Positions 63,658 to 64,000 of a stretch of DNA of 64,000 nt are shown piece after piece (position 1 is the first letter of the stretch; each line of letters opens with the position of its first letter). Under the pieces are notes generated by a model, which was not told the origin of the DNA, made no database searches, and saw only the letters and a list, made by a program, of their open reading frames with translations. The DNA comes from Felis catus. Lineage: Eukaryota. Position numbers and translations under genes: made by a program. The stretch lies in NCBI RefSeq assembly GCF_018350175.1, contig NC_058368.1, positions 69,132,001 to 69,196,000 of the forward strand, read 5' to 3'.

Positions 63658-64000
63658 AGAGACAAAACAGATGAACATAAGGGAAAGGAAACAAAAATAA
63701 CATAAAAACAGGGAGGGGGACAAAACAGAAGAGACTCATAAATATGGAGAACAAACTGAGGGTTACTGGAGGGGTTGTGGGAGGGGGGATGGGCTAAATG
63801 ATTAAGGAGCATTAAGGAATCTACTCCTGAAATCATTGTTTCACTATATGCTAACTAATTTGGATGTAAATTTTAAAAAATAAAAAAAGAAAGAAAAAAA
63901 AGGCTTAGGGCAGAAAGCTGCCACCACAGGGCAAAAGCACCCAAGGTTAGTTAGCAAGATATTATAATGGGATCACAAGTAACTTGTTATATCACCTGCA

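Larger units (their letters stand above)
50173..63897 (+). mobile_element. Full-length older carnivore/felid LINE-1 (outer element), interrupted by three insertions
   Basis: 5'UTR starting ccaagatggtgg, ORF1, ORF2, 3'UTR and A tail; TSD aaaaagcttagggcgga (50156-50172) / aaaaggcttagggcaga (63898-63914) at a TT|AAAA site. Confidence 0.93.

Noticed and set aside
1..64000. CRISPR array, prokaryotic defence system, retrocopied host gene or endogenous viral ORF
   Set aside because: No regularly spaced repeat-spacer array, no operon structure, and no recognisable protein homology other than LINE-1

Overview
Repeat-rich mammalian genomic DNA, almost certainly from a felid, judging by the cat-type Can-SINEs and carnivore LINE-1 sequences. 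I can support no host protein-coding exon, RNA gene, CRISPR array or prokaryotic feature; the window looks intergenic or deep-intronic. The dominant structure is a nested stack of elements at 50.2-63.9 kb. An older full-length LINE-1 with its own target-site duplication (TSD) carries a younger, nearly intact full-length LINE-1 in the same orientation inside its 5'UTR, plus two Can-SINEs, one in ORF1 and one in ORF2. All four insertions have readable TSDs. The rest holds 22 further Can-SINEs, a 5'-truncated young L1, old L1/L2 fragments, MaLR/ERVL LTRs, MER5/MER20/MER58 DNA transposons and microsatellites. Several repeat-free blocks carry strong transcription-factor motifs (a perfect IR3 steroid response element, an RFX X-box, a STAT site). 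The most novel-looking leads are a Kozak-flanked antisense ORF about 450 nt into the young L1 5'UTR (ORF0-like position) and an NRF1/CTCF/GC-box cluster in the older L1 5'UTR; both are unverified hypotheses. Repeat family names come from recognition by eye, not a database search, and boundaries of old repeats are approximate.
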